Position numbers and translations under genes: made by a program | Notes under the pieces: generated by a model | What the model saw: only the letters and a program-made list of their open reading frames with translations | What the model was told of the DNA's origin: nothing | Databases searched by the model: none | Sequence record: MK373784.1 | DNA length: 64,000 nucleotides | Strand: one strand, 5' to 3' | Origin: Escherichia phage vB_EcoM_MM02 | Shown: piece after piece, positions 8,948 to 18,482 of the stretch | How positions within the stretch are numbered: position 1 is the first letter of the stretch | Layout: every line of letters starts with the position of its first letter

Positions 8948-9625
8948 TTATCGCTGTTTTACACTTAACGGGTCAGGATTCTCAGGGACATCTTCAAGGC
9001 CAAGCGCATAACGCTGAGCATATTTTAACATCAAAATATCTTTAGCACAATCATGAATACTATCATGGGCAACGAATCCTTTTAGCGTACCCATCGGTAA
9101 TGGACACATACTTAATCCTCGTGTCAACGAGTAAGCTTCGATTGCCGTACGAATATCACGTTGAGCCCAGAATTTAACCGGTTCTAATTTATCAGTATCA
9201 ATATCTGGTTCAAGAACACCTTCAACACGATAGAGGTCACGAATCAAATCGACCAAGATCGGGAAGTCAAAGCTCATACCACGGCACCACATCTGTGATT
9301 TCCATTGGTCAACTTTATTAGCTCGACAATAATCTAAAAAGATTTTAATGCCTTCAAGCGTAGTGACATCGTCTTCAGACGGGGCCAAGTTTTTACGTGC
9401 TTCTGCTGATTGTTCTTTCCACCATTTCATAGTGGATTTAGCGAAAACTCGCTTCCCTTTCTGAGAAGCTAAATTAAATTTAATTCGCTTACCTCGTTGA
9501 ACAAGTTCTTCAAATGATTCAACAACTTCAGGGTCGGAATTATATGCAATAACCGCAAGGTCAATAACAGCCGCTTTTGATGTATTGCCGAATGTTTCAA
9601 AATCTATAATAACATCAGTGCTCAT
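8948..9625 (-). CDS. dexA: exonuclease A (DnaQ-like 3'-5' exonuclease)
   Basis: 225 aa; IIDFETFG Exo-I (DxE) motif; size and position as T4 dexA, adjacent to dda. Confidence 0.7.
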   Translation of the reverse strand: MSTDVIIDFETFGNTSKAAVIDLAVIAYNSDPEVVESFEELVQRGKRIKFNLASQKGKRVFAKSTMKWWKEQSAEARKNLAPSEDDVTTLEGIKIFLDYCRANKVDQWKSQMWCRGMSFDFPILVDLIRDLYRVEGVLEPDIDTDKLEPVKFWAQRDIRTAIEAYSLTRGLSMCPLPMGTLKGFVAHDSIHDCAKDILMLKYAQRYALGLEDVPENPDPLSVKQR

Positions 9626-9634
9626 AATTTTCTC

Positions 9635-10948
9635 TCAAATAAAATGGACGTCAAAACGACCACGAGTTGTGCCGACATACAATAACTGTTTAGCTAATTC
9701 TGAATCGGCATAATGGATACACGGTGTATAAACAAAGGCTGTGTCAACAGACATACCCTGGGCCTTATGGAAGGTTGATACAGGTAGTGCCTTCACCTTA
9801 GTGAACATACGTTTAGCATCCCAGAATTCGCTCCATGGAGCTTTACCACCTTTATTCCAGAATTTGTATGTTTCTGCGGTCTTAGCCAAAAACAAATTGA
9901 ATTTATAAAGCTCTTCTTCAGAAGAAATAACCTTTATATCTTCGCGGATGTATTCTTCATCATCCCCATATGTTTCTACTGTAAGATTCCAGTATCGTAT
10001 CATATATTCGCCCGAAACACCACGTGCTTTAACGAATGTAGACGTTTCTACAGCATCTCGAATACGAACGAATTGCCCGTTATTGAAAAGCATTTCGGTC
10101 ATATTTTTACCATCTAGCTTATATGTCTTAGTAAATGGCTCTTGTAGAACAATGACTTCGTCTTTAATAAATGGTTTTTCTGTTTCAAGAAGTTTTCGGC
10201 GAATAATTGAATTTAACTTGTCCACCGACTTATTTGTGAATGCCATCATTCGATTTTCGAAAAGGTCTTCAGGAGTTTTAACGACGTTAAAATAGTTCAT
10301 CATATACGATTTAAGGTCTGTATATCCGTGAACACCGTGTCCATCAACTACTTTATCGTAAATCCATTTGCCATTACGAATATCAGTCGCAACATCAATA
10401 ATTGGTGCATTGCTACGTTTAACTTCTGTAAGGTTGCATTGCACAAAGTCTTTGTGAGTGAAGAAAGGACTTAGATACGCAGTTGATTCGCCTGGGTCTA
10501 CCGGACGAATCTGGCATCGGTCGCCGATTCCAATTACTGTACACCATTTAGGGATACTAGCTAACATTATTTTAAACAGAGAACGGTCGCACATTGACGC
10601 TTCATCAAATAACAGTACACGACACAAGGCTAAGTCGGGAACCTTTTTCTGTTCAAACAATACGTTTTCTTCGTATGTAGTTGGGTTGATTTTAAGAATG
10701 CTATGAATAGTCGATGCTTCTTGACCCGCGAGTTTGCTTAGAACCTTTTTAGCAGCATGTGTAGGGGCTGCTAAAATAATACCTGATTCTCCTGAAGAAA
10801 TAAGAGCTTCAACAATAAATCTAGTAAGGGTTGTTTTACCTGTACCAGCCGGTCCATTAATAGTTACATGATGTTTCTTTTCTTTAATAGCTTCCATAAC
10901 AACGTTGAAGGCGTTTTTCTGGCCTTCAGTCAAATCATCAAATGTCAT
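9635..10948 (-). CDS. dda: Dda SF1B DNA helicase
   Basis: 437 aa; Walker A TINGPAGTGKTT; size and synteny as T4 Dda. Confidence 0.85.
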   Translation of the reverse strand: MTFDDLTEGQKNAFNVVMEAIKEKKHHVTINGPAGTGKTTLTRFIVEALISSGESGIILAAPTHAAKKVLSKLAGQEASTIHSILKINPTTYEENVLFEQKKVPDLALCRVLLFDEASMCDRSLFKIMLASIPKWCTVIGIGDRCQIRPVDPGESTAYLSPFFTHKDFVQCNLTEVKRSNAPIIDVATDIRNGKWIYDKVVDGHGVHGYTDLKSYMMNYFNVVKTPEDLFENRMMAFTNKSVDKLNSIIRRKLLETEKPFIKDEVIVLQEPFTKTYKLDGKNMTEMLFNNGQFVRIRDAVETSTFVKARGVSGEYMIRYWNLTVETYGDDEEYIREDIKVISSEEELYKFNLFLAKTAETYKFWNKGGKAPWSEFWDAKRMFTKVKALPVSTFHKAQGMSVDTAFVYTPCIHYADSELAKQLLYVGTTRGRFDVHFI

Positions 10949-11256
10949 CGTAAAGTCCCTGCAATTGGAATACTAACAATACGGCCTGTGTCCAGGATTC
11001 GTTGATACAATCTTTGCGTCTCCGCATCTAGTTTAATGTGTTTCATTTCAAGCTTATTAAACCAGAACTTACGCGGAGTTTCGACCATTCTTAGAACTCC
11101 CATTTTTAAATCTGTTTTATACTGTGTTTTCAAAGTATCGAAAACTTTATCTGCAATATCCTTTCTAAAAAATACTGCAGGACGATGCTCATCAAGTGGA
11201 ACCGGGACAGTAAATCCTTCCATATCTCGATAAACTATTGCATATACATAAACCAT
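10945..11256 (-). CDS. hypothetical protein (dda.1 position)
   Basis: 103-aa ORF overlapping dda start by 4 nt. Confidence 0.4.
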   Translation of the reverse strand: MVYVYAIVYRDMEGFTVPVPLDEHRPAVFFRKDIADKVFDTLKTQYKTDLKMGVLRMVETPRKFWFNKLEMKHIKLDAETQRLYQRILDTGRIVSIPIAGTLR

Positions 11257-11258
11257 AA

Positions 11259-12005
11259 TTAACCTTTAATCAGTTGGAATAATGATGCGCTAAGTGGTAA
11301 GCCACGTTTCAATTTTAATTTACCAATGAAACCAATCTTTTCAAAACGTTGCAGACCTTGGATAACTTTATCATATGTATCGAAAAGCGATTCAGCGTCA
11401 GTTAATTTAGTTTTAGTTTTCCAGTCAGAGCCTTTAAGAAGAACGTTGAGTTTAGTAAGTTCATGGCCTTCTGCTTGATGTGAGCCATTAATGCGTGCTT
11501 TCAAAGCAACAATTCTAAGTTTAGATTCGTTAGATAAAGGTTGATTTTTCATCATGTTCGCCATATGCTTAACACGATTTTCACGTTTTGCTCGGATTTT
11601 TAAAATAGTATCATAAACCTTTTTAATTTGGGCCCATTTCTTCTCGTCGAGATTAAGTTTCTCTACTTTACGGGCAGAAGGATTAGCGATACGTCTTGCA
11701 ATGGCATCACGTTTCACAATAAGTTCTTCTAATGTTAAATCAGAACGAGCCGTGTTATATTTTTTCTTAACTGGGATAACATTACCTTTAATGTAGCCGA
11801 TATCGTTATTAAAACGTTCTAAGGATAATTTCTCACCTTCAACAGAGTTATTAAAAGATTCACCTGAGTAAGCGCAGACCTTTTGATCAAGAATGTTTTT
11901 AAGGTAATTAAAGTCTAAGTTAAAATCCTTAGAGCGTCTCTTCGCAGAAGCTCTGGTGTGGTCAAGACGACGATTGATTTTGTTAATTTTATTATTTGAT
12001 AACAT
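11259..12005 (-). CDS. hypothetical basic protein (srd position)
   Basis: 248 aa, Lys/Arg-rich; sits where T4 has srd between dda and modA; no motif recognised. Confidence 0.4.
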   Translation of the reverse strand: MLSNNKINKINRRLDHTRASAKRRSKDFNLDFNYLKNILDQKVCAYSGESFNNSVEGEKLSLERFNNDIGYIKGNVIPVKKKYNTARSDLTLEELIVKRDAIARRIANPSARKVEKLNLDEKKWAQIKKVYDTILKIRAKRENRVKHMANMMKNQPLSNESKLRIVALKARINGSHQAEGHELTKLNVLLKGSDWKTKTKLTDAESLFDTYDKVIQGLQRFEKIGFIGKLKLKRGLPLSASLFQLIKG

Positions 12006-12054
12006 AATATTTTCCTCTGTCTTACGGACGTTAGGTCATTTAGCTGATAAGTCT

Positions 12055-12083
12055 ATAATATCATGCCCTCAGGTAGTGTACAC
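12055..12083 (-). promoter_or_regulatory. sigma70-like early promoter (GTGTAC, 17 bp, TATTAT)
   Basis: gataagtctataatatcatgccctcaggtagtgtacac, about 45 nt upstream of the 11259..12005 start. Confidence 0.4.
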
Positions 12084-12157
12084 TCTTTTTTCGTAAAATG
12101 CTTTAATTTTTTATGTGTTATAATGGTTCTGAGTTCCATCCGGTTATTCCAATTCAG

Positions 12158-12766
12158 TCAGTAACTGACAATAGACAGATTCCAGATTGTATAACGTCCA
12201 TCTTGAATAATAGAATCTACACGCAGTGTAGTCCCTATAGGGAGCATAAATTCACATTCGTCGGATATAAGTCTAGCATTAGACCGTCTTGTCGCTTCAG
12301 GGAAAGCTCCATTGAACTCACAAGATGGCGCAGCCAGAATCATGTTAAGCATATGTTCACGGAAGTTGAAAGCAAATGGTGCATCTTTGATGCAGAACAT
12401 ATTAAATGTTCCGTAAAAATTATACGAAGCAAAGTTACGTGCTACACCGAACACTGGGCTGAAGCTCATTACTCTGTCAAATTTAATAATACTATCAATG
12501 CCTTTATCATCAAGTGTGGCCATAGTTTTCTTAGAGATTCCACGATACATTGTCTCAGGAACAGAAGACGTCCAATTTCTACGAACGATTGAACTTAACT
12601 CCTGTTGAATACAGTCTGGCTTGTTTTCCATACACTGCCACAGTACACTTTGTTCAATGTCGCTGAATTGACTATCAATTTCGTACTGCAATACATCTTG
12701 ATATTCGGGGTTTTGAGCACGACGAACCATTTCTTCAATTTCACACTCGTTATACGGCATAAACAT
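12158..12766 (-). CDS. ADP-ribosyltransferase, ModA/ModB family
   Basis: 202 aa; R-S-ExE-like elements (YRGIS..., ...SDECEF); paralog of next ORF; size and position as T4 modA/modB. Confidence 0.6.
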   Translation of the reverse strand: MFMPYNECEIEEMVRRAQNPEYQDVLQYEIDSQFSDIEQSVLWQCMENKPDCIQQELSSIVRRNWTSSVPETMYRGISKKTMATLDDKGIDSIIKFDRVMSFSPVFGVARNFASYNFYGTFNMFCIKDAPFAFNFREHMLNMILAAPSCEFNGAFPEATRRSNARLISDECEFMLPIGTTLRVDSIIQDGRYTIWNLSIVSY

Positions 12767-12823
12767 TTAGGTTTCTCCTGTGGTTGATAAAGGTATAGTA
12801 TCATCATCGGAAGAGTTTGTACA

Positions 12824-13405
12824 CTAAAAATTCAACATTTTCAAATGAATGATTTTGTATAATCGAGATAAAGGGTCATATTCTAAGTCTTCAATTTCCA
12901 CAATCTCAAATCTAGAGATACCTGAGACCATGTACTCTTGTTCAGATTCAATCATATCTAGGACGTCAACACGCGTTTCTTCCATAACATGCTTAGGGTT
13001 CTTTCCGGCGAGTACAATGTTAACCATGTTTTGGTAGTAATCAAAAATGAATGGAGCATTCCTGAGACTAAGAATAGTGTACGTCTGATATTCCCATCTC
13101 CCGGAGAATTGACGAGCTGTACTGAAATCAGTTGTGAACGATGTTACTCGTCCAGGAGACCAATGGCATCCAACAGAAAGAAGGGAAAGACGTTCTACTT
13201 CTTCTGGAGTTACACCACGGTAGAGTTCTACTGGTACTGTAGAAGTCATATGCTTACGAACAAGATGGTCTAATTCATAGTGGAAATCCGGGTCTTCCTT
13301 AGAATCGGTGCAAGCCCAGAGAATGTTTTGTTCTTGGCGGGTGAATTTACTATCAATCAGATTTGTTAGATATTCACGTTCTTGAAGTTCAGATTGACAT
13401 GTCAT
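12824..13405 (-). CDS. ADP-ribosyltransferase, ModA/ModB family (paralog)
   Basis: 193 aa; LYRGVTPEE, FTTDFSTA, ESEQEYM; clear paralogy with 12158..12766. Confidence 0.6.
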   Translation of the reverse strand: MTCQSELQEREYLTNLIDSKFTRQEQNILWACTDSKEDPDFHYELDHLVRKHMTSTVPVELYRGVTPEEVERLSLLSVGCHWSPGRVTSFTTDFSTARQFSGRWEYQTYTILSLRNAPFIFDYYQNMVNIVLAGKNPKHVMEETRVDVLDMIESEQEYMVSGISRFEIVEIEDLEYDPLSRLYKIIHLKMLNF

Positions 13406-13802
13406 GATAGACCTCCATTTAAAGATAAGCCTATCATAACACGAGAGGAGGGAATGTAAACTACTTTTTAAGCTTTCCTACTAAAGGACCATCAGGACCA
13501 GGTTGTTCTAACATGAATAAGGATGCTTTAAAAAGCAATGTCAACCCTTTCACCATTCGATACCATGTCTCAAAGTCTTTTTCCTTGATTTCTAGTAAGA
13601 ATTTCTCTTTCAATTTCTCTTTCATTTCCAAGGGCTCCATGGTGGAGGGTCATCATAATAAGAGGCGAGGTCTTTCAGGACATCTAATGGTAAACTAAAG
13701 CCATGACGCTGTATAATACTATCTAGTTCATCAACAAGTTCACTACGATGCACTTTAGGAGCCTCAACTTCAGGCTCGTCAAACATACTCATAAGGTCCA
13801 TA

Positions 13803-14267
13803 CTATTCACCTAAATAAAAACTAGGCTGCTCGGAGAATGTTTCTAGCGTTACACCTTTTGTCTTAAAAAATTTCCAAATAGCTCGTTGCAAATGGATTA
13901 AATCTGCTAATGATGTAATAAAGTATTTTTTGGCAAAATACGTATGGTCTCGCTTTTCAAACAGGTCTAAACGCTTTTCAGGATTCACATAAACGGCATT
14001 TTCTGTAGATTCATACCCTAAGTCCTTTATGCCTTCTTCAAGACTAAACGGAGAATTTTTAGAATGAGTAATAGCTCCAACTCGCTCTACACGAATTTTG
14101 TAACCTTTAGGAATCTGCAATTTGCAGAATTCTTCTACGATATATTGCGGATTATTTAGACTTTTGTTAATGAGAATAGCTATTTCTAGTGGAGTCTTAT
14201 CTTCTACTGGTATATGTTTAAACGACTTGGCTTCAAGCAAATACATTTTAAATAACATAGCATCCAT
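13803..14267 (-). CDS. hypothetical protein
   Basis: 154-aa ORF. Confidence 0.4.
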   Translation of the reverse strand: MDAMLFKMYLLEAKSFKHIPVEDKTPLEIAILINKSLNNPQYIVEEFCKLQIPKGYKIRVERVGAITHSKNSPFSLEEGIKDLGYESTENAVYVNPEKRLDLFEKRDHTYFAKKYFITSLADLIHLQRAIWKFFKTKGVTLETFSEQPSFYLGE

Positions 14268-14442
14268 TATAATTTCCTCGATGGTTCACCCATATAAAGT
14301 TTTACAATACGTTCGCCTTCATCTTCGACGAGCTTTTCTTCATGTTTCTGGAATTCTTTAGCCATATTCTCTTCAAGAACATCCAGCCAATCTTCTGGAC
14401 CGACACCATCGTCCCAGCTTTTAAACCATTTAACTATCTTGT

Positions 14443-14691
14443 TCATTCGCAGCTCCCTGAGCTTGAACCACAATCAGAATAACTTAACCCAGAATCACCA
14501 GGCCAAGACGATACGTATGAATGATTATAACTTGAAGAGCTTGAAGCATTAACCTGTTTTGTTTTTGGACGAACAACTTCTTCCATCATTCCGTCACCGA
14601 TATATTCCCAACTTTTTTCGTGTGTATCAGGAATAGGCATCATACCTTCGCCTGGTTTAACAGCAAACAACTTCTTCAGTATCGTAAGCAT
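14443..14691 (-). CDS. hypothetical protein (start trimmed to ATG with GAGGAA RBS)
   Basis: Track ORF 14443..14766; internal ATG at about 14691 has an RBS. Confidence 0.3.
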   Translation of the reverse strand: MLTILKKLFAVKPGEGMMPIPDTHEKSWEYIGDGMMEEVVRPKTKQVNASSSSSYNHSYVSSWPGDSGLSYSDCGSSSGSCE

Positions 14692-14884
14692 TAATTGTTC
14701 CTCGAACAAAACGAACACCACCGTCATCCCAGCGGATTTCGGCATTAAATTTGACGTCTTCACCATCCATCATGAATGAGTGTACGACTACATCATCGTA
14801 ATATCCAAGACCGTATTTCAACGAAACTTCTTGAGCAATCAAAGCACCTAATGTGTTATTAGGTTTAATCCAACGATTTAACAT
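14657..14884 (-). CDS. hypothetical protein (start trimmed to ATG with GAGGAG RBS)
   Basis: Track ORF 14657..14953 begins inside the soc terminator; internal ATG at about 14884 has a strong RBS. Confidence 0.35.
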   Translation of the reverse strand: MLNRWIKPNNTLGALIAQEVSLKYGLGYYDDVVVHSFMMDGEDVKFNAEIRWDDGGVRFVRGTINAYDTEEVVCC

Positions 14885-14951
14885 ATTGTTCTCCTCTTGA
14901 GTAAGTAAGAATATCTTAACACAGGTTTTAGTGGTTGTAAACTGTAGAAAC

Positions 14952-14978
14952 AAAAAAAAAGGAATCCCGAAGGATTCC
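14952..14978 (-). terminator. rho-independent terminator downstream of soc (UUCG-loop hairpin + U9)
   Basis: Plus strand aaaaaaaaa ggaatcc cgaa ggattcc; on the minus strand a 7-bp stem with UUCG loop followed by nine U. Confidence 0.6.
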
Positions 14979-14987
14979 TTAAATTAT

Positions 14988-15224
14988 TTAACCACTTACT
15001 GGTGTAGGGGTAAACATTGCAGCGTTCTTAGTTTTCCAGTCAGCTGCATCAGAAACTACAGTAGAATAAGCTGCCTTTTCTGATGGAAAGATTTGGTAAT
15101 GAGAATCTGCAATCCGATGTTCGTTTGAATAAATCTCAAACGGCACAGAAACTTCCATACCTTTAACTTCTTTACCTTCACCAGCAGGATGCGTAAAGGT
15201 TTTGATGTTTACATAACCACCCAT
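14988..15224 (-). CDS. soc: small outer capsid protein Soc
   Basis: 78 aa; GYVNIKTF...HYQIFPSEKAAYSTV matches my memory of T4 Soc; late-promoter motif upstream, terminator downstream. Confidence 0.8.
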   Translation of the reverse strand: MGGYVNIKTFTHPAGEGKEVKGMEVSVPFEIYSNEHRIADSHYQIFPSEKAAYSTVVSDAADWKTKNAAMFTPTPVSG

Positions 15225-15255
15225 AATTAACTCCTTTGTTGTTTAATTACAGGTG

Positions 15256-15263
15256 TATTTATA
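15256..15263 (-). promoter_or_regulatory. T4-type late promoter motif (TATAAATA) upstream of soc
   Basis: Plus strand reads tatttata, the reverse complement of TATAAATA, about 30 nt upstream of the soc start. Confidence 0.5.
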
Positions 15264-15269
15264 ACTTAA

Positions 15270-15791
15270 TCAGTAACCATTATCCTGGCGTTCAAAGTTG
15301 TGTTGGTTTTTCAAGTAGTAAAGTTTGAAGATTTCTTCAGCAGAAAGACCCAGACCTTGGAACATGTTCAGAACGAAGTGCAGAATATCAATCATTTCGA
15401 ATTTAATTTCGAGCTGGTCTTCAGGAGACAGTTCATCAATACGACGATTACGATATTCAGCATGTTGTGCTTTCCATGGCTTCCATACACTGCTGGCAGC
15501 TTTTTCACCGTTGGACATACCACCAAGTGAAGTCAGCAGTTCACGGAATTCATCATCAATATAATCTTTCTGATTACGCAGCCAATCAACAACATCGCCA
15601 GCAGTAGCCAATTCATCAGGATGTTTGTTATGTTCAGGCTTGTCATTTGCCAGACGAACCTGTAAAGATTTCTGCATATCAAGCATTACCTGCAGTGGGT
15701 CTTTATCTTCGTGAATCAGAGCATTAAAATAAGCTTCTTCTGCTTTATCAACACCAGAAATAAGTTGTGAACATTCGTTAAAGTGCGCCAT
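15270..15791 (-). CDS. 56: dCTP pyrophosphatase (MazG-like), gene 56
   Basis: Track start is a TTG 5 codons upstream; ATG at about 15791 has RBS AAAGGAAAAATAATG; about 173 aa; position between soc and 61 as in T4. Confidence 0.65.
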   Translation of the reverse strand: MAHFNECSQLISGVDKAEEAYFNALIHEDKDPLQVMLDMQKSLQVRLANDKPEHNKHPDELATAGDVVDWLRNQKDYIDDEFRELLTSLGGMSNGEKAASSVWKPWKAQHAEYRNRRIDELSPEDQLEIKFEMIDILHFVLNMFQGLGLSAEEIFKLYYLKNQHNFERQDNGY

Positions 15792-15880
15792 TATTTTTCC
15801 TTTCAATTCAGTATAAGAGAGTTTAATTCTAACATTAATTTTATAAAGCGTAATAAATAATAGGTAACTAAGGAGATATT

Positions 15881-16078
15881 ATGTTTAAACTTCCATCGTT
15901 AATCAACGCTATTAAAGGCAATAAAAAGAAAACTGCTATCGCTGCAATAGTTGTAGGTGGCATTATTTCATGGAACTTCGGGATTGCACCATTGTTAGTT
16001 GCCCATGGTATTATAGTTCCTTCTGTTCCATTGGATACTGTAGTTGATTTGGCCTTTGCTATTATAGGGCTTGTTTAA
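15881..16078 (+). CDS. small hydrophobic protein (plus strand)
   Basis: 65 aa; strong AGGAG RBS 6 nt before ATG; predicted membrane helices; only convincing plus-strand gene in the window. Confidence 0.4.
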   Translation: MFKLPSLINAIKGNKKKTAIAAIVVGGIISWNFGIAPLLVAHGIIVPSVPLDTVVDLAFAIIGLV

Positions 16079-17097
16079 ATCTTCGAATAACGAGATAATC
16101 TCATTTTAGCATGCAACCCACTTGAAATATTCTGTTTCATATATTCTAAAATTTCTTGTGGTGTTGCATTTTCTTTCATTACCATATCATTCACATCCTT
16201 TGATCTCCATGGAGCTCGGTCCCAGAACATGACACGTTCGCCTGCATCAACTAATCGCTTCATGCGAGCTATAGTATCCGGATGCCTAGGTTCATTATCC
16301 ATTACCCATACCCGACGTTCTTTAAATGGTACCACATCTAAATCTATTGAGCCGCCTGTAATAGCGATTGCATTGGGTATGAATAAACTATCAATAGGGC
16401 CTTCCATTACCCAGACGTCTCCTTCCTTAACACGTTCAACACCATAAATTTTTGTTGCAGACTCAAACGCTTTAATAGTGATATATTTCTGAGGAGCATC
16501 TTTACGAAGTGCACGTCCTTGGAATGACTCGGCCTTCCCATCTTTATTAAAAATAGGAATAACTAAACGTGGTTCGGGAATCTCTTTCTTATACGTACCA
16601 GGTTGAATCTTGTTGACCAATTTGGGCCATTCTAATGTGAACCATAATCTGTTCCATGATTCTTTAGGAATGCATCTAGACTTAACATATTTAACAATAG
16701 GATGCTCTTCAGGCAACTTGTCCAGACGAGAACAAGACGGCAAAGAATTTATAGTCTTTTTCTCCGGTTCTGGTTTATGTTCAGGAACCTTTTCAATCTT
16801 TGGTTCCATTCTAGCTTTTTCTTTACGAACTTCCATTAGATATTCGCGATAAAGCTCTTCATCATACTCTTTTAAGTATCCGGAAATTGTATTGTGGTAT
16901 TGACAGTTATAGCAATGTACATTACCAGGAGTACCGCCATAATACCATCCGCGAGCTTTCATTGCATCTGTCTGGGAGTCGCCACAAACTGGACATCGAA
17001 ATGTTAATTTAAATGTGCTTGAATTATTGATTTGTCTAAAACGAGGTAGGTGAGAAAACGCACGATAAGCAAATTCATTATCTATCCATTCAGCCAT
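16075..17097 (-). CDS. 61: DNA primase, gene 61
   Basis: 340 aa; zinc ribbon CPVCGD...CYNCQYH; TOPRIM-like region; size and position as T4 gp61. Confidence 0.8.
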   Translation of the reverse strand: MAEWIDNEFAYRAFSHLPRFRQINNSSTFKLTFRCPVCGDSQTDAMKARGWYYGGTPGNVHCYNCQYHNTISGYLKEYDEELYREYLMEVRKEKARMEPKIEKVPEHKPEPEKKTINSLPSCSRLDKLPEEHPIVKYVKSRCIPKESWNRLWFTLEWPKLVNKIQPGTYKKEIPEPRLVIPIFNKDGKAESFQGRALRKDAPQKYITIKAFESATKIYGVERVKEGDVWVMEGPIDSLFIPNAIAITGGSIDLDVVPFKERRVWVMDNEPRHPDTIARMKRLVDAGERVMFWDRAPWRSKDVNDMVMKENATPQEILEYMKQNISSGLHAKMRLSRYSKI

Positions 17098-17136
17098 AGT
17101 ATTCTCCAGAGGCCTTAAATTAATAAGGCCATCTTA

Positions 17137-17631
17137 TCACAACTTATTAATATTTACTTTAATTCGCTTTCTTTTCTTGGAAGGAATTTGTTCGGGACCT
17201 TTATTTACAATTGCACCTGTAGTAGTTCCTGATGCAATAGCTTGAGGACTGCCACCCGAATCGCCAGCAACCATATCCTCAAATAAAGGGAGCTCTTTAA
17301 ATATTTCTTTCTGTTGTTCTTCTGTAATGTTATAGCGTGAAGCTACAGCACTCCAGGCAGACATCATTGAGGCCATTCCATTAAGACCTGGAACAGTGCT
17401 CATCATTCGCTTCATTGAACGAACTGAAGCATGAAAAGGTGTATAAGCCGCTTTCTCTTCAGGAGTAGAAGGACGTTTAAGAACACTTCCACGTTCATCG
17501 ATGATTTTGGCTTCGTATGCTTTCCATTCGGTAAAAGGTTTTTGCATTAGTCGAATAAACTTATATGCGTAAACAGAATCTATTGCAGTGTTAATAATAC
17601 CCATAGGTACCTCCTGAGTATATTTAATCAA
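17137..17631 (-). CDS. hypothetical protein (61.1 position)
   Basis: 164-aa ORF. Confidence 0.4.
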   Translation of the reverse strand: MIKYTQEVPMGIINTAIDSVYAYKFIRLMQKPFTEWKAYEAKIIDERGSVLKRPSTPEEKAAYTPFHASVRSMKRMMSTVPGLNGMASMMSAWSAVASRYNITEEQQKEIFKELPLFEDMVAGDSGGSPQAIASGTTTGAIVNKGPEQIPSKKRKRIKVNINKL

Positions 17632-17821
17632 TTACAAAGATTGCTTTGTCACCATTTATATCTGTGACTTCATATGTAGTGCCTTCATACTGTGGAATAT
17701 TCCAAATTACACCATCATTAGCTTTTACGCTAATATGGCATTGGTGTTTTGAAACAACTTCATAATCTTCAAAACTTGTAAAAACACTAATTTTAGAACC
17801 AGTGCAAATTGCAGTAGTCAT
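17624..17821 (-). CDS. hypothetical protein
   Basis: 65-aa ORF. Confidence 0.3.
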   Translation of the reverse strand: MTTAICTGSKISVFTSFEDYEVVSKHQCHISVKANDGVIWNIPQYEGTTYEVTDINGDKAIFVID

Positions 17822-17822
17822 T

Positions 17823-18482
17823 TTAACCTCGATTCATAAATGCATTAAATATTTGGTCATCAACAGAAATTTCTAATTCGACTTCAATTGCTTCAGCCTT
17901 TTCTTCAGGTGGTAATTCGTATCCACACACTACAATTTTTTCATCGATATCAAAATATATAGAAGCAATACGATTAATGTTATTTTCAGTTAAGTCCAAA
18001 TCAACATCAACATCTTTTTGGCCTACACTTAGAGGATAACTAATACGGGTTATTTTATTATCTTTAACAAAGAGTCCACCAACATACTCTGTACTACGTT
18101 TGAAGTTTACACGTTTCCGAATTGAAAGATATGATACATCTTTACCGTGAGCTCGGCTCATAGGACATAATGAATAGCTAGAATAAGAGATGTCAAATCC
18201 TACACCTTCAATATGAGCCAACGTGTCATGATTAAACCAATTATAATCATATGCCAAATCCATTATATTGTAATATGTGAAAGGCACAGGATTAACATCA
18301 TATGTTGTACCTTTAAAATCTGCCCAGGCAACGATTTCGTTATCTTTAACAATTACAAAAATTACACCAATATGGTATCCGTTATTATTTTCATTCGGCG
18401 TTATATTATAACATTGTGCATTAGGAAATTTACCATATTTAAATGGCGCATTTTTGTGCATATAATAAATCATATTATTCAC
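17823..18482 (-). CDS. hypothetical protein (61.2 position)
   Basis: 219-aa ORF; synteny only. Confidence 0.4.
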   Translation of the reverse strand: MNNMIYYMHKNAPFKYGKFPNAQCYNITPNENNNGYHIGVIFVIVKDNEIVAWADFKGTTYDVNPVPFTYYNIMDLAYDYNWFNHDTLAHIEGVGFDISYSSYSLCPMSRAHGKDVSYLSIRKRVNFKRSTEYVGGLFVKDNKITRISYPLSVGQKDVDVDLDLTENNINRIASIYFDIDEKIVVCGYELPPEEKAEAIEVELEISVDDQIFNAFMNRG

